This document shows, piece after piece, positions 1 to 10,208 of a stretch of 64,000 bases of DNA. The notes beneath the pieces are model-generated. The model saw only the letters and a program-made list of their open reading frames with translations. It made no database searches and was not told the DNA's origin. The stretch is from positions 64,001 through 128,000 of the forward strand of contig CAXULY010000002.1 of assembly GCA_964252075.1 (NCBI GenBank), read 5' to 3'. Origin of the DNA: an uncultured Deinococcaceae bacterium. Its GTDB lineage: Bacteria > Deinococcota > Deinococci > Deinococcales > Deinococcaceae. The translations under genes and the position numbers were made by a program. Positions within the stretch are counted from its first letter, which is position 1; each line of letters opens with the position of its first letter.

Positions 1-1
1 G

Positions 2-448
2 GGGCCATTCCTGTGCGCGAAGTACGCGCTGCCGCACCTGATGGCGTCCGGCGCGGGCGCCATCGTGAACGTGGCGTCCACGTACGGCCTGATCGGCGCG
101 CCGCTCGCGGCGGCGTACTGCGCGTCGAAGGGCGGCGTGGTGAACCTCACGCGGCAGCTCGCCGTGGATTACGGCGAGTCTGGCGTGCGCGTCAACGCGG
201 TGTGCCCCGGGTACATCGACACGGACATGGGTGGGAACCGCGCGCGCCTCGCGCCGGAGCAGCGCGCGGCGGCGCAGGCGCGCCGTGAGGCGAACGCCGC
301 GCTTCAGCCGCTGGGGCGCCAGGCGCAGCCGGAGGAGGTCGCGCGCGTCGTGGTGTTCCTCGCGTCGGACGCGGCGTCGTTCATGACGGGGTCCGTCGTG
401 ACGGTGGACGGGGGCTGCACGGCAACCTTCAACCACGGCGCCCGCTGA
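2..448 (+). CDS. SDR-family oxidoreductase (5' end outside window)
   Basis: Frame open from base 2; IVNVAS, YCASKGG (YxxxK), VRVNAVCPG, C-terminal VDGG motifs. Confidence 0.9.
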   Translation, partial: GPFLCAKYALPHLMASGAGAIVNVASTYGLIGAPLAAAYCASKGGVVNLTRQLAVDYGESGVRVNAVCPGYIDTDMGGNRARLAPEQRAAAQARREANAALQPLGRQAQPEEVARVVVFLASDAASFMTGSVVTVDGGCTATFNHGAR

Positions 449-469
449 GCCGCGCGGGCGCCGCGCGCC

Positions 470-1633
470 CTAGCGGCCGCTGGGGGACGGCGTGGTGCCC
501 GCCGCGAGCGTGACGGGCACCGTGAGGGTCTGCCCGGCGCGCGACACCGTGAGCGTCACGCGGTCCCCCACGCGGCGCCCGAACAGGTACTCCCGCAGGT
601 CGCCGGACGTGCGGACGCTCTGCCCATCCACAGCGGTGATGACGTCCCCACCGAAGTACACCGTGCCGATGGGCGTCTGCACGGGCGTCGTGCCGCCCTT
701 CAGGCCCGCCGCGGCCGCCGGGCTGTTCGGCTGCACGCTGGACACCAGCGCGCCCGTGCTGGGCAGCTGGTACTGCGTGCGCGCCTGCTCCGTCAGGACC
801 GTCAGGTCGAACGGCGCGAGCGCCACGCCGATCACGGGACCCGTGATGGTCTCGCCGGCCTGCAGGCGCGTCAGGAGGTTCTTCGCGACGTTGATGGGAA
901 TGGCGAAGCCCACGCCCGCGTTCTGCCCGACGCCCGTCGCCTCGCCCGCCGGGGACAGGATCTGCGTGTTGATGCCGATCACCTCGCCCGCGCTGTTCAG
1001 GAGCGGCCCGCCGGAGTTGCCGGGGTTGATGGCGGCGTCCGTCTGGATGGCCTTCTGCGCGATCTGCCGCGCGCCGGTGGGGATGGTGCGGCCCACCGCG
1101 GACACGATGCCCGTGGAGGCGGAGAACTGCAGGCCGAACGGCGCGCCGAGCGCGATGGTGTTCTGCCCGGCGCGCAGCGCGTCGCTGTTGCCGAGCGGCA
1201 GCGGGCGGATGAGGTTCTGCGGCGCGCCCTGCACCTGAATGAGCGCGAGGTCGTAATCGGGCGCGGTGCCGACCAGCCGCGCGGTGAAGTCCTGATCACT
1301 GCCCTGGAGGTTCACGGTGAGTCGGGTGGCGCCCTCCACCACGTGGTAGTTCGTGAGGGCGTAACCCTGCGCGTTCACGAAGAAGCCGCTGCCGCTCGCC
1401 TCGTCCACGTCCCCGTCGGGGTTCTGGAACAGCGGGCTGGAGAACGGGCTCTGCGACGTGCTGGGGGACGCCGCGGTGATGTACAGGACGCCGCCCAGCG
1501 CGCGGTCGATGACATCCGCAGTGCCCTGCTCGGTGGCCGAGAGGGGCGCGGCGGTGGAGGTCTGCGCGGTGGCCGCGCCCAGCCCACCGAGAAGCAGGGA
1601 CAGCGCGAGGGCCATGGTGCGGTGGTGCTTCAT
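470..1633 (-). CDS. HtrA/DegP-like trypsin serine protease with PDZ domain
   Basis: Signal peptide MKHHRT after GGAGG RBS; TNYHV, YDLA, IQTDAAINPGNSGGPL triad motifs; C-terminal PDZ (GDVITAVDG). Confidence 0.93.
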   Translation of the reverse strand: MKHHRTMALALSLLLGGLGAATAQTSTAAPLSATEQGTADVIDRALGGVLYITAASPSTSQSPFSSPLFQNPDGDVDEASGSGFFVNAQGYALTNYHVVEGATRLTVNLQGSDQDFTARLVGTAPDYDLALIQVQGAPQNLIRPLPLGNSDALRAGQNTIALGAPFGLQFSASTGIVSAVGRTIPTGARQIAQKAIQTDAAINPGNSGGPLLNSAGEVIGINTQILSPAGEATGVGQNAGVGFAIPINVAKNLLTRLQAGETITGPVIGVALAPFDLTVLTEQARTQYQLPSTGALVSSVQPNSPAAAAGLKGGTTPVQTPIGTVYFGGDVITAVDGQSVRTSGDLREYLFGRRVGDRVTLTVSRAGQTLTVPVTLAAGTTPSPSGR

Positions 1634-1761
1634 GGGTGTTCCTCCGGTGGCGCGCGCCCGGACCCGCGGCACGCGCCTGACTTCAGAGGATGTTCGCGCG
1701 TGCAGACCACGGCTTCCTGCGATTGCGCCGAAGTGACGCAGAGCGTCCCTTCAGGCAGCGT

Positions 1762-2112
1762 TCAGCGAGCGGGCGCGCGGCGCGCCGAGTGGTCGCAGCG
1801 GGCGCGGGTCACGCCGTACGCCGCGAAGGTCACGGTCACCCACAGCAGCAGGACGCCCAGCGCGATCAGCGCGTGCGGCTGGTGCTCACCACCGACCGCC
1901 AAGGCGAGGAAGCCCTCCACCAGGGTCGTGACCACGACCGCGACGAGCGCGAGCGCGGCGAGCGTCACGCTGCCGGCGCGCACGAGGTCCCACAGGCGCG
2001 CCTCTGGCGTCCGGGGCTGCGTCCGTGCGGCGGGCCTGGAATGCAGGATGGGGGCGGACGGCCAGTCGTCGGGCGGTGTGAACAGGATGTTGCGCGGTGA
2101 TGAACTGCCCAT
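1762..2112 (-). CDS. Hypothetical membrane protein (2 TM)
   Basis: Two hydrophobic segments in the ORF; start uncertain (ORF extends to 2247). Confidence 0.45.
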   Translation of the reverse strand: MGSSSPRNILFTPPDDWPSAPILHSRPAARTQPRTPEARLWDLVRAGSVTLAALALVAVVVTTLVEGFLALAVGGEHQPHALIALGVLLLWVTVTFAAYGVTRARCDHSARRAPAR

Positions 2113-2399
2113 GAACCAGGGTGCACCGCTGAGGTGCAGGGTCGTCAAGGGAAAGAATCCGCCGGACGGCTCATGAACGGCACATCGGGCGCCCCCTTCG
2201 TTCACCTGCCTCGGGTGTGGGGTGGGCCTTCCCGGTGCGGCCTTCATGATGGTGCGGCATCGTGACGGGGACGCGGCGCCCGGTCGCGTCGGCCACCGCC
2301 CATACCCGCACCGGCCGGACGCCCTGCGTCCGTCACCGCAGCGGCCCCCGCCGTCACGCCCCGCGACCCGAGCGCCCGCCCGGTCGCGCTGGAGGCCCC

Positions 2400-3449
2400 A
2401 TGCCCGAATGGTCCCGCCCCTCGGTGAGCGCGCGGCGCTTGCTGCTGCTGCTCGCCCTGCTGCTGTCCGGCTGCCGCCTCACGAGCGGCGCGCCCGTCGG
2501 TCCGCGCGCGCTGAACGCCACCTTCAGCAACCCCGTTCGCCTGGCGGAGAGCGCGGACCCGTTCGTCTTCGTGCAGGGCGGCGTGTTCTACCTGCTGTTC
2601 ACGCGCGGGGACCGCGTGTCGGCGTACCGGTCGCGCACCCTCGCGGGCCTCGGGGTTGCGGCGCCGCACGACCTGTGGGCGCCGCAGTGCTGCCGCGTGT
2701 GGGCGCCCGAACTGCACCACCTGACGGACCGCACGGGCCCGCACTGGTTCGCGTACTACACCAGGGATTTCGGCGTGTACGTCCGCCGGGGCAGCGCCCA
2801 GAACCCGCTCGGCCCCTACGGCCCGGAGGTGCCGCTGATTCCCTTCGGGGAAGGCGTGGGGCACGCGGCGGCGATTGACCCGACGGTGCTGGTCGAGCCG
2901 GGCGGGCAGCTGGACCTGCTGTGGTCCAACGCGGGCGACATCGCCATCGCGCGCATGCGGGACCCCACGCACGTGACGATGACGGCGGATCACGCGGTGC
3001 GGGGCACGCTGCTGCCCGCGCGCGGGCGGGTGTTCGGCTGCGACATCCAGGAGGCGCCCGCGGTCCTGGCGCGCCACGGGCGGTACTTCGTGACCTTCTC
3101 GGTGTGCGGCGCGGAGACGCCCGATTACGCGCTCGGCCTGATGGTCGCGGACGCCCACGCGCCGCTGCTGGACGCGCGCTCGTGGGCGCTGCAGCCCACG
3201 CGGGTGTTCCAGCGGCGGGACGCGGCGGGCGTGTTCGGGCCGGGACACAATGGGTTCTTTCGGTCCCCGGACGGGCGGCAGGACTGGATCGTGTACCACG
3301 CGAAGGGCAGCGCCGCGCGCGGCTTCCGGGACCGTTCGACGCGCGCGCAGCCGTTCACGTGGCGCGCGGACGGCAGCCCGGACTTCGGGGTGCCGGTGCC
3401 GGCCTCGTCGCCCCTGCGTGAGCCGTCGGGCGAGGTGGCCGGGCCATAA
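2400..3449 (+). CDS. GH43 glycoside hydrolase lipoprotein (arabinofuranosidase/xylosidase-like)
   Basis: GGAGG then ATG at 2400; lipobox LLSGC; SADPFV, WAPE, AIDP, QEAP, GPGHN motifs. Confidence 0.88.
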   Translation: MPEWSRPSVSARRLLLLLALLLSGCRLTSGAPVGPRALNATFSNPVRLAESADPFVFVQGGVFYLLFTRGDRVSAYRSRTLAGLGVAAPHDLWAPQCCRVWAPELHHLTDRTGPHWFAYYTRDFGVYVRRGSAQNPLGPYGPEVPLIPFGEGVGHAAAIDPTVLVEPGGQLDLLWSNAGDIAIARMRDPTHVTMTADHAVRGTLLPARGRVFGCDIQEAPAVLARHGRYFVTFSVCGAETPDYALGLMVADAHAPLLDARSWALQPTRVFQRRDAAGVFGPGHNGFFRSPDGRQDWIVYHAKGSAARGFRDRSTRAQPFTWRADGSPDFGVPVPASSPLREPSGEVAGP

Positions 3450-3649
3450 GCGGTTCCGGGCGGCCAGCGGGCGCGCATGTGCTTGACCCGCTCCGAAGGT
3501 CACGCTACGTTGAGGTCATCAGGGCGGCCCGGCTGGCCGCTGCGTTCATTGGTGCCCCTGGAGCGCTCATCGATTTGCCTGGGCACGGCGTGACGGCAGG
3601 GGTGTCCGCATGCGTCGCGCTCGGGTCAGTGTCCCGAAGGAAGGGGTTC

Positions 3650-6187
3650 ATGACAGGCAACGGGGGGTCCGAGCGCACACCGCGGCGCCTGCACAAGGCG
3701 TTCCTCGCGCAGGTCGCGCGCACGCCCGGCGCGGTGGCCCTCAGCGGCCACGCGGGCCCCATCACGTACCGGGACCTGCGCGCGCGCGCCGAGGAACTCG
3801 CGGCGCACCTGCGGGCGGCGGGCGTGCGCCCGGGCGACCCGGTGGGCGTGCTGCTGCCGCGCTCCGCGGACGCCGTGACCGCCATCCTGGCGGTGCTGCT
3901 CGCGGGTGGCATGTACGTGCCGCTGGACCTCGCGGTGCCGGACGACCGGCTGACCTTCATGCTCTCGGACGCGGGCGTGCAGCGCGTCATCACGCGCCGC
4001 GCGCACGCTGCGCGCCTGCGCGCCGAGTTCGCCACGGTGATGCTGGATGAGCTGCCGCCCGCGCCCGGGGGTGCGCCCCCGTCCAGCGTGGTGACCGGGC
4101 CGGACCTCGCCTGCATCAATTACACGTCCGGGTCCACCGGGCGGCCCAAGGGGGTCCCGATTGGGCACGCGGGCATCCTGAACCTGGTGTTCGGGCAGAC
4201 GTACTGCCCCTTCGGGCCGGGCGAGGTGCACCTGCTGCTCTCCAGCCTGTCCTTCGACTTCTCCACGCTGGAGCTGTGGGGCGCGCTCCTCACGGGCGCG
4301 CGCCTCGCGCTGTATGAGGAGCCCTTCGTGACCCTGGACGCGCTGGGGCGCGTCCTGCGCGCGGAGCGGGTCACGACGCTGATGCTCACCCCGAGCCTCT
4401 TCACGCTGATGGTGAGCGAGCGCCTGGAGGACCTGCGGGGCGTCCGGCAGGTGCTGCTCGGCGGGGACGTGCCGTCCGTGAAGGCTGCGCGGGCGTTCCT
4501 GCGCGCCGCGCCCGGCGCGAGCATCACGAACGTGTACGGCCCGACGGAGAACACCGTGTTCACCACCTGCTTCACCTTGCGCGACCCGAACTTCCCGCCC
4601 GGCCCCATTCCCATCGGACACGTCATTCCCGGCACGCAGGCGCTGCTGCTCGATGAGGGCGGGCAGGACGTGCCGGACGGCGAGGTGGGCGAGGTGTGGC
4701 TCGGCGGGGTGGGCCTCACGCCCGGGTACCTGAACCGCCCGGACCTGAACGCCGAGCGCTTCGCGCGGCACCCGCGCGCGCGCACGCCGGACGGGCGCCT
4801 GTACCGCAGCGGTGACCTCGCGCGGCGGCGCGCGGACGGCGCGCTGGAGTTCGTGGGCCGCGCGGACCTGCAGGTGAAGATCCGCGGGTACCGCATCGAG
4901 CCCGGCGAGATCGAGGCGGTGCTGCGCGAGCACCCGTCGGTGCGGGAGGCGGCGGTGGTGGCGCGCCCCGCGCGGGTGGAGGGCCAGGACAAGCGGCTCG
5001 TCGCGTACTGCGAGGCGGCCGGCGCGCGCGCCCTGGACACGGGCGCGCTGCGCGAGCACCTCGCGCGGACGCTGCCGCCGTACATGCTGCCGACCGCCAT
5101 CATCGAGGTGGCGGCCCTGCCGCTCACCACCAGCGGGAAGCTCGACCGCCTCAAGCTCGCGGCGCTGGAGCTTCCGCCGGTCGACGCGGGACCCCAGAGG
5201 GTCACCGCGCCGCTGCCGGACGACCTGTCGGACATGACGGCGCTGTGGGAGGAACTGCTGGGCACGCGCGTCGGGCCGGACGACGATTTCTTCGCGCTGG
5301 GCGGCACGTCCCTGCAGGCGGCGCTGCTGCTCGCGCGCCTCTCGCAGCGCTTCGGGACGGAAGTCCACCCGGGCGCGTTCTTCGCGGGCGCCACCCCCCG
5401 CGGTCTGAGCGCGCGCCTCGCGGAGCGCGCGCCCACCGGACCGGAGGGCGTCGTGCCGCTCCGGCCGGGTCGCGCGGACCACACGCTGTTCTTCGCAGGC
5501 GATCCCTTCCTGTACCGCCTGCTGGCGCCGCACCTGCGCACGGACGGCGCGGTGAGCGCCCTGCACGTGCCGCTCGGGCCCATCGAGGAGATGGCGGCGC
5601 GCGCCGTCGCGGACCTGCGGCGCGTGCAGCGGCGCGGCCCATACCACCTGGCGGGCTTCTCCTTCGATGGACTGGTCGCGTACGAGATGGCGTGCCAGCT
5701 CGCGGACCTGGGGGAACGCACGGTGTACCTCGCGCTGCTCGACACCGGCACGCCCCACATGGAGGCCATGCGCGTGCTGAGCAACCCGGGGTTCTGGTCG
5801 CGCCTCGTGGGGCACGCGCGCTACGCGAGGCGCCTGCCGGTGCGGCGAGGCGTGCGGTACCTGTGGCAGCGGGCGCGCCTCGCGGCGCGCGTGCGGGCGA
5901 ACCGCCAGGAGCGCAACCCGCACCACGACACCCTGCTGCAGCTGGTGCGGCCGCACGTGATCCGGCCCTCCGCGCTCACTGTGACGCTCTTCCGCGCGCA
6001 GCATGAGGACACGCACCTGATCGACCCGCTGCTGGGCTGGGAGGCGGCCGCCGCGCGCGTGGAGGTCCGGGACGTGCCGGGTCTGCACATGGACCTCGTG
6101 CGCTCGCCCGCCGGGGTGCAGCGCGTGGCGGCCCTGATGAGCGCCGACCTCGCGGCTCTTATTTACGACGAGCGCGTGGCCCGGTGA
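3650..6187 (+). CDS. Single-module NRPS-like protein (adenylation-PCP-thioesterase, no C domain)
   Basis: YTSGSTGRPKG, FDFS, NVYGPTE, YRSGDL, QVKIRGYRIE, SGKLDR; PCP FFALGGTSL; TE AGFSFDG plus GLHM. Confidence 0.92.
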   Translation: MTGNGGSERTPRRLHKAFLAQVARTPGAVALSGHAGPITYRDLRARAEELAAHLRAAGVRPGDPVGVLLPRSADAVTAILAVLLAGGMYVPLDLAVPDDRLTFMLSDAGVQRVITRRAHAARLRAEFATVMLDELPPAPGGAPPSSVVTGPDLACINYTSGSTGRPKGVPIGHAGILNLVFGQTYCPFGPGEVHLLLSSLSFDFSTLELWGALLTGARLALYEEPFVTLDALGRVLRAERVTTLMLTPSLFTLMVSERLEDLRGVRQVLLGGDVPSVKAARAFLRAAPGASITNVYGPTENTVFTTCFTLRDPNFPPGPIPIGHVIPGTQALLLDEGGQDVPDGEVGEVWLGGVGLTPGYLNRPDLNAERFARHPRARTPDGRLYRSGDLARRRADGALEFVGRADLQVKIRGYRIEPGEIEAVLREHPSVREAAVVARPARVEGQDKRLVAYCEAAGARALDTGALREHLARTLPPYMLPTAIIEVAALPLTTSGKLDRLKLAALELPPVDAGPQRVTAPLPDDLSDMTALWEELLGTRVGPDDDFFALGGTSLQAALLLARLSQRFGTEVHPGAFFAGATPRGLSARLAERAPTGPEGVVPLRPGRADHTLFFAGDPFLYRLLAPHLRTDGAVSALHVPLGPIEEMAARAVADLRRVQRRGPYHLAGFSFDGLVAYEMACQLADLGERTVYLALLDTGTPHMEAMRVLSNPGFWSRLVGHARYARRLPVRRGVRYLWQRARLAARVRANRQERNPHHDTLLQLVRPHVIRPSALTVTLFRAQHEDTHLIDPLLGWEAAAARVEVRDVPGLHMDLVRSPAGVQRVAALMSADLAALIYDERVAR

Positions 6188-6897
6188 CGGAGCGGGGTGT
6201 CCCGGCGGGCCTCCCGGACCTGCCGCGCGGGGAGGTGCAGGTGCACCACCTGGACCTGACGGCCCCGGCGCCGCCCTTCGTGGTGGAGGCGCACCTCAGC
6301 GCGGAGGAGCGGCGGCGCGCCGGGGACTACCTCAGCCCCTCGGCGCGCGCGCACTTCGTAACGGTCCGCTGCGCGCTGCGCGTCCTGCTGGCGCGCCATC
6401 TGCGGGTCGCGCCCGCGCAGGTGCCGCTCACGGCGGGCCCGCACGGCAAGCCCGCCGTGGCGGGCGGGGCCGGTCGGCTGACGTTCAGCGTGACGCACAC
6501 GGACGGCCTCGCGCTGCTGGCCGTCACGCGCGGGCGCGCGGTCGGGGTGGATGCCGAGCGCGTCCGACCGCACGCGGACCTGCGGGCGGTCGCGGACCGC
6601 TTCTTCACGCCGCGCGAGCGCGCGGCCCTGGCGGCCTGGCCGGACGCGCAGGCGTTCTACCGCGTATGGACGCGCCGGGAGGCGGCCCTGAAGGCCACAG
6701 GCGCGGGCCTCGCGGGGCGGGTGGAGGTGGACGCGTCGGCCGCCCCGTGCGGCTGGCTCATCAGCGTGGAGGGCGGCGCGGCGTCCGGGTGGCGCTCGCT
6801 GGACCTGAGCGCGCCGCCCGGTGTGCAGGCCGCGCTGGTGGTGCGCGGCGGCGCAGGCCTGCACGTGCGGGACGTGCCCGCCCACGCGTGGCGCTGA
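6184..6897 (+). CDS. Sfp-type 4'-phosphopantetheinyl transferase
   Basis: PHGKP, FSVTHT, VGVDAE, WTRREAALKATG; GTGA overlap with the NRPS stop. Confidence 0.92.
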   Translation: MTERGVPAGLPDLPRGEVQVHHLDLTAPAPPFVVEAHLSAEERRRAGDYLSPSARAHFVTVRCALRVLLARHLRVAPAQVPLTAGPHGKPAVAGGAGRLTFSVTHTDGLALLAVTRGRAVGVDAERVRPHADLRAVADRFFTPRERAALAAWPDAQAFYRVWTRREAALKATGAGLAGRVEVDASAAPCGWLISVEGGAASGWRSLDLSAPPGVQAALVVRGGAGLHVRDVPAHAWR

Positions 6898-6898
6898 G

Positions 6899-7345
6899 TC
6901 AGGCGTCCAGGCCGGAGGTGCTGTATGCCTCGCCGCGCGCGATGCCTTGCAGGGCCGCCTTCACGTAGGGCACGAAGGGCTCCTGGATGTCGTCGAAGCG
7001 CATCCAACGGAGGTCCGCGTGCTTGTGCGGCTCGCAGATGCTCGGGGTGCCCGCCCACCGCTCGGCGCTGAAGAAGTGCCCCAGCCACGCTTCCCCGCGC
7101 GTTCGGCAGTGCAGGGTGTGCACGAGGCGGAAGTCCCCGGGCTGGACGCGCACACCCACTTCCTCATGCGCCTCGCGCACGGCGGCGTCCAGCAGCGCCT
7201 CGTCCGCCTCGACCGCCCCGGCGGGCAGGCTGTGGTGCCCGTCCATCCAGCCGGTGTGGGCGCGCTGGATGGCGCAGAAGGTGTCGCCCGCGCGCAGCAG
7301 GATGAAGACGGTGGAGGGCATTCGGTGGCGTTGACGTTCACTCAC
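6899..7345 (-). CDS. NUDIX hydrolase
   Basis: Nudix box GAVEADEALLDAAVREAHEEVG; EPHKH motif. Confidence 0.9.
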   Translation of the reverse strand: MSERQRHRMPSTVFILLRAGDTFCAIQRAHTGWMDGHHSLPAGAVEADEALLDAAVREAHEEVGVRVQPGDFRLVHTLHCRTRGEAWLGHFFSAERWAGTPSICEPHKHADLRWMRFDDIQEPFVPYVKAALQGIARGEAYSTSGLDA

Positions 7346-7397
7346 TGGATCTCCTTCATGGTGGGCCTGGACCCGGCCGCATGTGCGGCGCGCCGCG

Positions 7398-9659
7398 TCA
7401 GAGGCGCGTCCAGATGATGGTGGCAGATTCGACGGGGCGCGCGAAGAGGCCCGCTTGCGGGCCGCTCTCGAAGACCGCGTGGAAGTCGTCCGCCGTGAAG
7501 GCCTTGCGCAGGCGCGACGCGTAGGCGCTCAGGAGGTTCGCGGTGTAGTGCGCGACGTCGTAGTCGTGGCCGTCCGGGTCGTCGAGCGGCGCGAGGTCCG
7601 CGCCCTGGCGGCGGTACAGGCTGACGCGTTCGCCCGCCTCCCAGTTGCGGCCGCGCGCGCGCAGGGCCTCGTAGTGCGCCTCGCGGCGGGCGGCGCGGGT
7701 CGCCTCGTACTGCGCGGGCGTCTTGGTGAGCCGCACGCGCGTCGCGACCTCGTGGTTGCGCAGCGTCCGCGCCTGCAGGGCGGCCGTGGTGTCCAGGAAG
7801 GCCTGCCGCACGCCGGGCACGTCGCCGTTCAGGAGGCACGTCAGGGCGCGCTCCAGGAACGCCCGCCCGTAGGGTTCGGTGCGGCTGGACTGGAAGGACG
7901 CGCCGCGCACCGTGAGGCGCCCGTCGTGGCCGAGCAGCGCGTAGTTCTTGGTTTCGTGGCTGAGCATGGCGCGCCAGCGCCCGTCGAATTCCAGCGCGAG
8001 CCCGGCGGGCAGGGTGCGCGCGACGTCCTCCACGAGCGCGCGTTCCTGCGCCTCGGTCCAGCCGTCCGGCACGCTGAAGTACACGCCGTCCGTGTCCGCC
8101 TCGATGAGCGTCACGCCGCGCGCCGCGAGGTGCGTCACGACGCCCTCCAGCACCTCGCGTCCCGCCGCGGTGACGTCGTCGGCGGCCTGCATGTCCCCGA
8201 ACAGCGCGGTGTTGCCCGTGCCGAGGTACCCGTACGCGGCGTTCACGACGAGTTTCATGGCGCTCTGCAGGGCCTCGTGCTCGCCCGCGTCGCCGCGCCG
8301 CGCGGCGGCCTTGTGCGCGAGGCGGCGTTCCGTGAGGCGGTCCATGAGGTGCAGGAACACGTGCAGCGGGTCGGAGCGCGGCTCGATGCGCCGCGCGCGG
8401 ATCAGGCTCGGGTACATGCTCGCCACGTCCGCCTTCACGACACGCGGCAGCACCCCCTCGGCGTACAGGCGCACGGTGCCGCCCGCGTGCATGCCGCTGC
8501 TGGGCGCCTGTCGGCCGGGCAGCGCGCGGCCCGCGTGGTGGTACGCGCGCACCAGCATGGGTTCCAGCACGCCCATGGCGGGCCCCGCGTAGGGCAGGCG
8601 GTGGTAGGGGCGGGGCGCGATCTGCGCGAGCGCGAAGCTCGGGGCGAGCACCCGGCGTGCGAGGGCGTCCACCTCCTGCACGTCCTGAAGCGCGTAGGCG
8701 CGCACCCGCTCGGGGTCGTGGCGGTACGTGCGGGCGATCTGGTCGCCCTCCAGGTACACGCGGCCTTCGGGCGCGAGGCCGAACAGCCTTGAGACCGCCT
8801 TCAGGCCGGCGCTGGGCAGGTCGAGGCGCCGCACGGCGTCCAGCGTGTCCACGATCTCGCGGCCCGCGCAGGCCCAGTGGGGGCGCCGCCCGCCGTCCTG
8901 CACGGCCCACACGCCGGGCGGACCGCCGGGCCGCCCGATGTTCAGGGTGAGGCCGTGCGCGTCGGCGCGCGCGCGCAGGTACGGCAGGTCGAACCGCATG
9001 ATGTTGTGGTTCTCGATGATGTCCGGGTCGCGCTCGCGGATGAGGGCCGCGAGCGCCTCGATGAGCGGCGCTTCCTGGCTGCGGTAGCGGGCCTCCAGCA
9101 CGGTCTCGAAACCGCGGTTGTCGCGCACGCTCGCCATGAAGATGCGGCCGGTGTCGGGTGTGAGGCTGGAGGTTTCCAGGTCGAACTGCAGGCGCACGGG
9201 GTCGTCGAACCCCATGCCCTTGAAGTACGTGCGCCCGCTCGCGATGAGGTACTGGTCGGTGGGGCTGGTGTGCCAGTAGCCGCTCAGGTCGTGGAGGCTG
9301 GTGACAGGCCGCCCGGTGCGGCGCGCGGCGCCCCGCAGAATTTCCTGGCGCAGCGCGCGGCCATCCACGGCGCTGATGAGGTGGCGCAGGGTGCCGTCGT
9401 CGCCGGGCAGCTCACGCAAGCTGAAGGGGGCGTCCGGGCCGCCCAGGCGGTCCATAAGGTGCTCGATGTCGCGCAGGTCGCGCGCGTACACCCAGCGGCG
9501 GAAGGGCGCGCGCTCCAGGTGCACGCCGGCGGGCGTGCGGCGCCACACCAGCGCCGGTCCCTGCTGGTCGGCGAGGACCGACACGATGCCGGTGGTCGGG
9601 TCGTGCCCGAACAGCAGGGGGTCCGCTTCGGGGGGGGCGCTGGGCGAGGTCACGGTCAC
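7398..9659 (-). CDS. polB: Family B DNA polymerase with 3'-5' exonuclease domain
   Basis: ExoI FDLET, ExoII HNIMRFDLPYL, ExoIII YALQDV; Pol A DVASMYPS, B KLVVNAAYGYLG, C DTDG; start uncertain (GTG 9659/9653, ORF to 9728). Confidence 0.9.
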   Translation of the reverse strand: MTVTSPSAPPEADPLLFGHDPTTGIVSVLADQQGPALVWRRTPAGVHLERAPFRRWVYARDLRDIEHLMDRLGGPDAPFSLRELPGDDGTLRHLISAVDGRALRQEILRGAARRTGRPVTSLHDLSGYWHTSPTDQYLIASGRTYFKGMGFDDPVRLQFDLETSSLTPDTGRIFMASVRDNRGFETVLEARYRSQEAPLIEALAALIRERDPDIIENHNIMRFDLPYLRARADAHGLTLNIGRPGGPPGVWAVQDGGRRPHWACAGREIVDTLDAVRRLDLPSAGLKAVSRLFGLAPEGRVYLEGDQIARTYRHDPERVRAYALQDVQEVDALARRVLAPSFALAQIAPRPYHRLPYAGPAMGVLEPMLVRAYHHAGRALPGRQAPSSGMHAGGTVRLYAEGVLPRVVKADVASMYPSLIRARRIEPRSDPLHVFLHLMDRLTERRLAHKAAARRGDAGEHEALQSAMKLVVNAAYGYLGTGNTALFGDMQAADDVTAAGREVLEGVVTHLAARGVTLIEADTDGVYFSVPDGWTEAQERALVEDVARTLPAGLALEFDGRWRAMLSHETKNYALLGHDGRLTVRGASFQSSRTEPYGRAFLERALTCLLNGDVPGVRQAFLDTTAALQARTLRNHEVATRVRLTKTPAQYEATRAARREAHYEALRARGRNWEAGERVSLYRRQGADLAPLDDPDGHDYDVAHYTANLLSAYASRLRKAFTADDFHAVFESGPQAGLFARPVESATIIWTRL

Positions 9660-9731
9660 GACGATGCTACGGCGTGCGCGCCCAAGGTGGCGGGCGGGAG
9701 CGCGGGCGCTATCATGGCGTGAGATCACCCC

Positions 9732-10208
9732 ATGACTGAATTCGATGGCGCGGCGACGTCACCTCTCCCCAGCCGGTCGGCGGACGAGGTGCTGCTGGCG
9801 TTCTGGACGCTCATTCAGGTGACGAACCGGCACCTGAAGCCCGCGATCGAGGAGCGGCAGGGCCTGCCGCTGCGGCTGGGCATCACGCTGTTTTACATCC
9901 GCAAGGGCGCGGTGTACCCGGGCCTCCTGACAGAGTGGATGGAGCTCACGCCGAGCGCCGTGACGCGCATCGTGGAGGACCTCGTGCAGCGGGGGCTGGT
10001 GCAGCGGGGCCTGGACGCGGAGGATTCGCGGCGGGTGCGGCTGAGCCTCACGGAGCACGGTCACGAGACCCTGATGGGCATCCGGGATGCGGCGCTGGAC
10101 CTGTGGCAGTGGGGCCTTCAGGGCCTCAGCGAGACGGAGATCACCACCTTCCTGATGCTCATCCGGCGGGTGCAGGACAGCATGGAGCGCCGCGTCCGGC
10201 CTGCCTGA
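9732..10208 (+). CDS. MarR-family transcriptional regulator
   Basis: SAVTRIVEDLVQRGLVQR...DSRRVRLSLTEHG wHTH signature; upstream of efflux operon. Confidence 0.9.
   Translation: MTEFDGAATSPLPSRSADEVLLAFWTLIQVTNRHLKPAIEERQGLPLRLGITLFYIRKGAVYPGLLTEWMELTPSAVTRIVEDLVQRGLVQRGLDAEDSRRVRLSLTEHGHETLMGIRDAALDLWQWGLQGLSETEITTFLMLIRRVQDSMERRVRPA

Noticed and set aside
3626..6088. Long antisense/alternate-frame ORFs (e.g. 820 aa here; also 7383-8792, 12590-14398, 20542-22560, 39219-41324)
   Set aside because: Shadow ORFs of GC-rich genes: Arg/Ala/Gly-rich, no motifs, overlapping well-supported CDSs
7398..9728. PolB as marker of a pipolin, casposon or phage
   Set aside because: No integrase, cas1, terminal repeats or compositional shift adjacent; flanked by ordinary chromosomal genes
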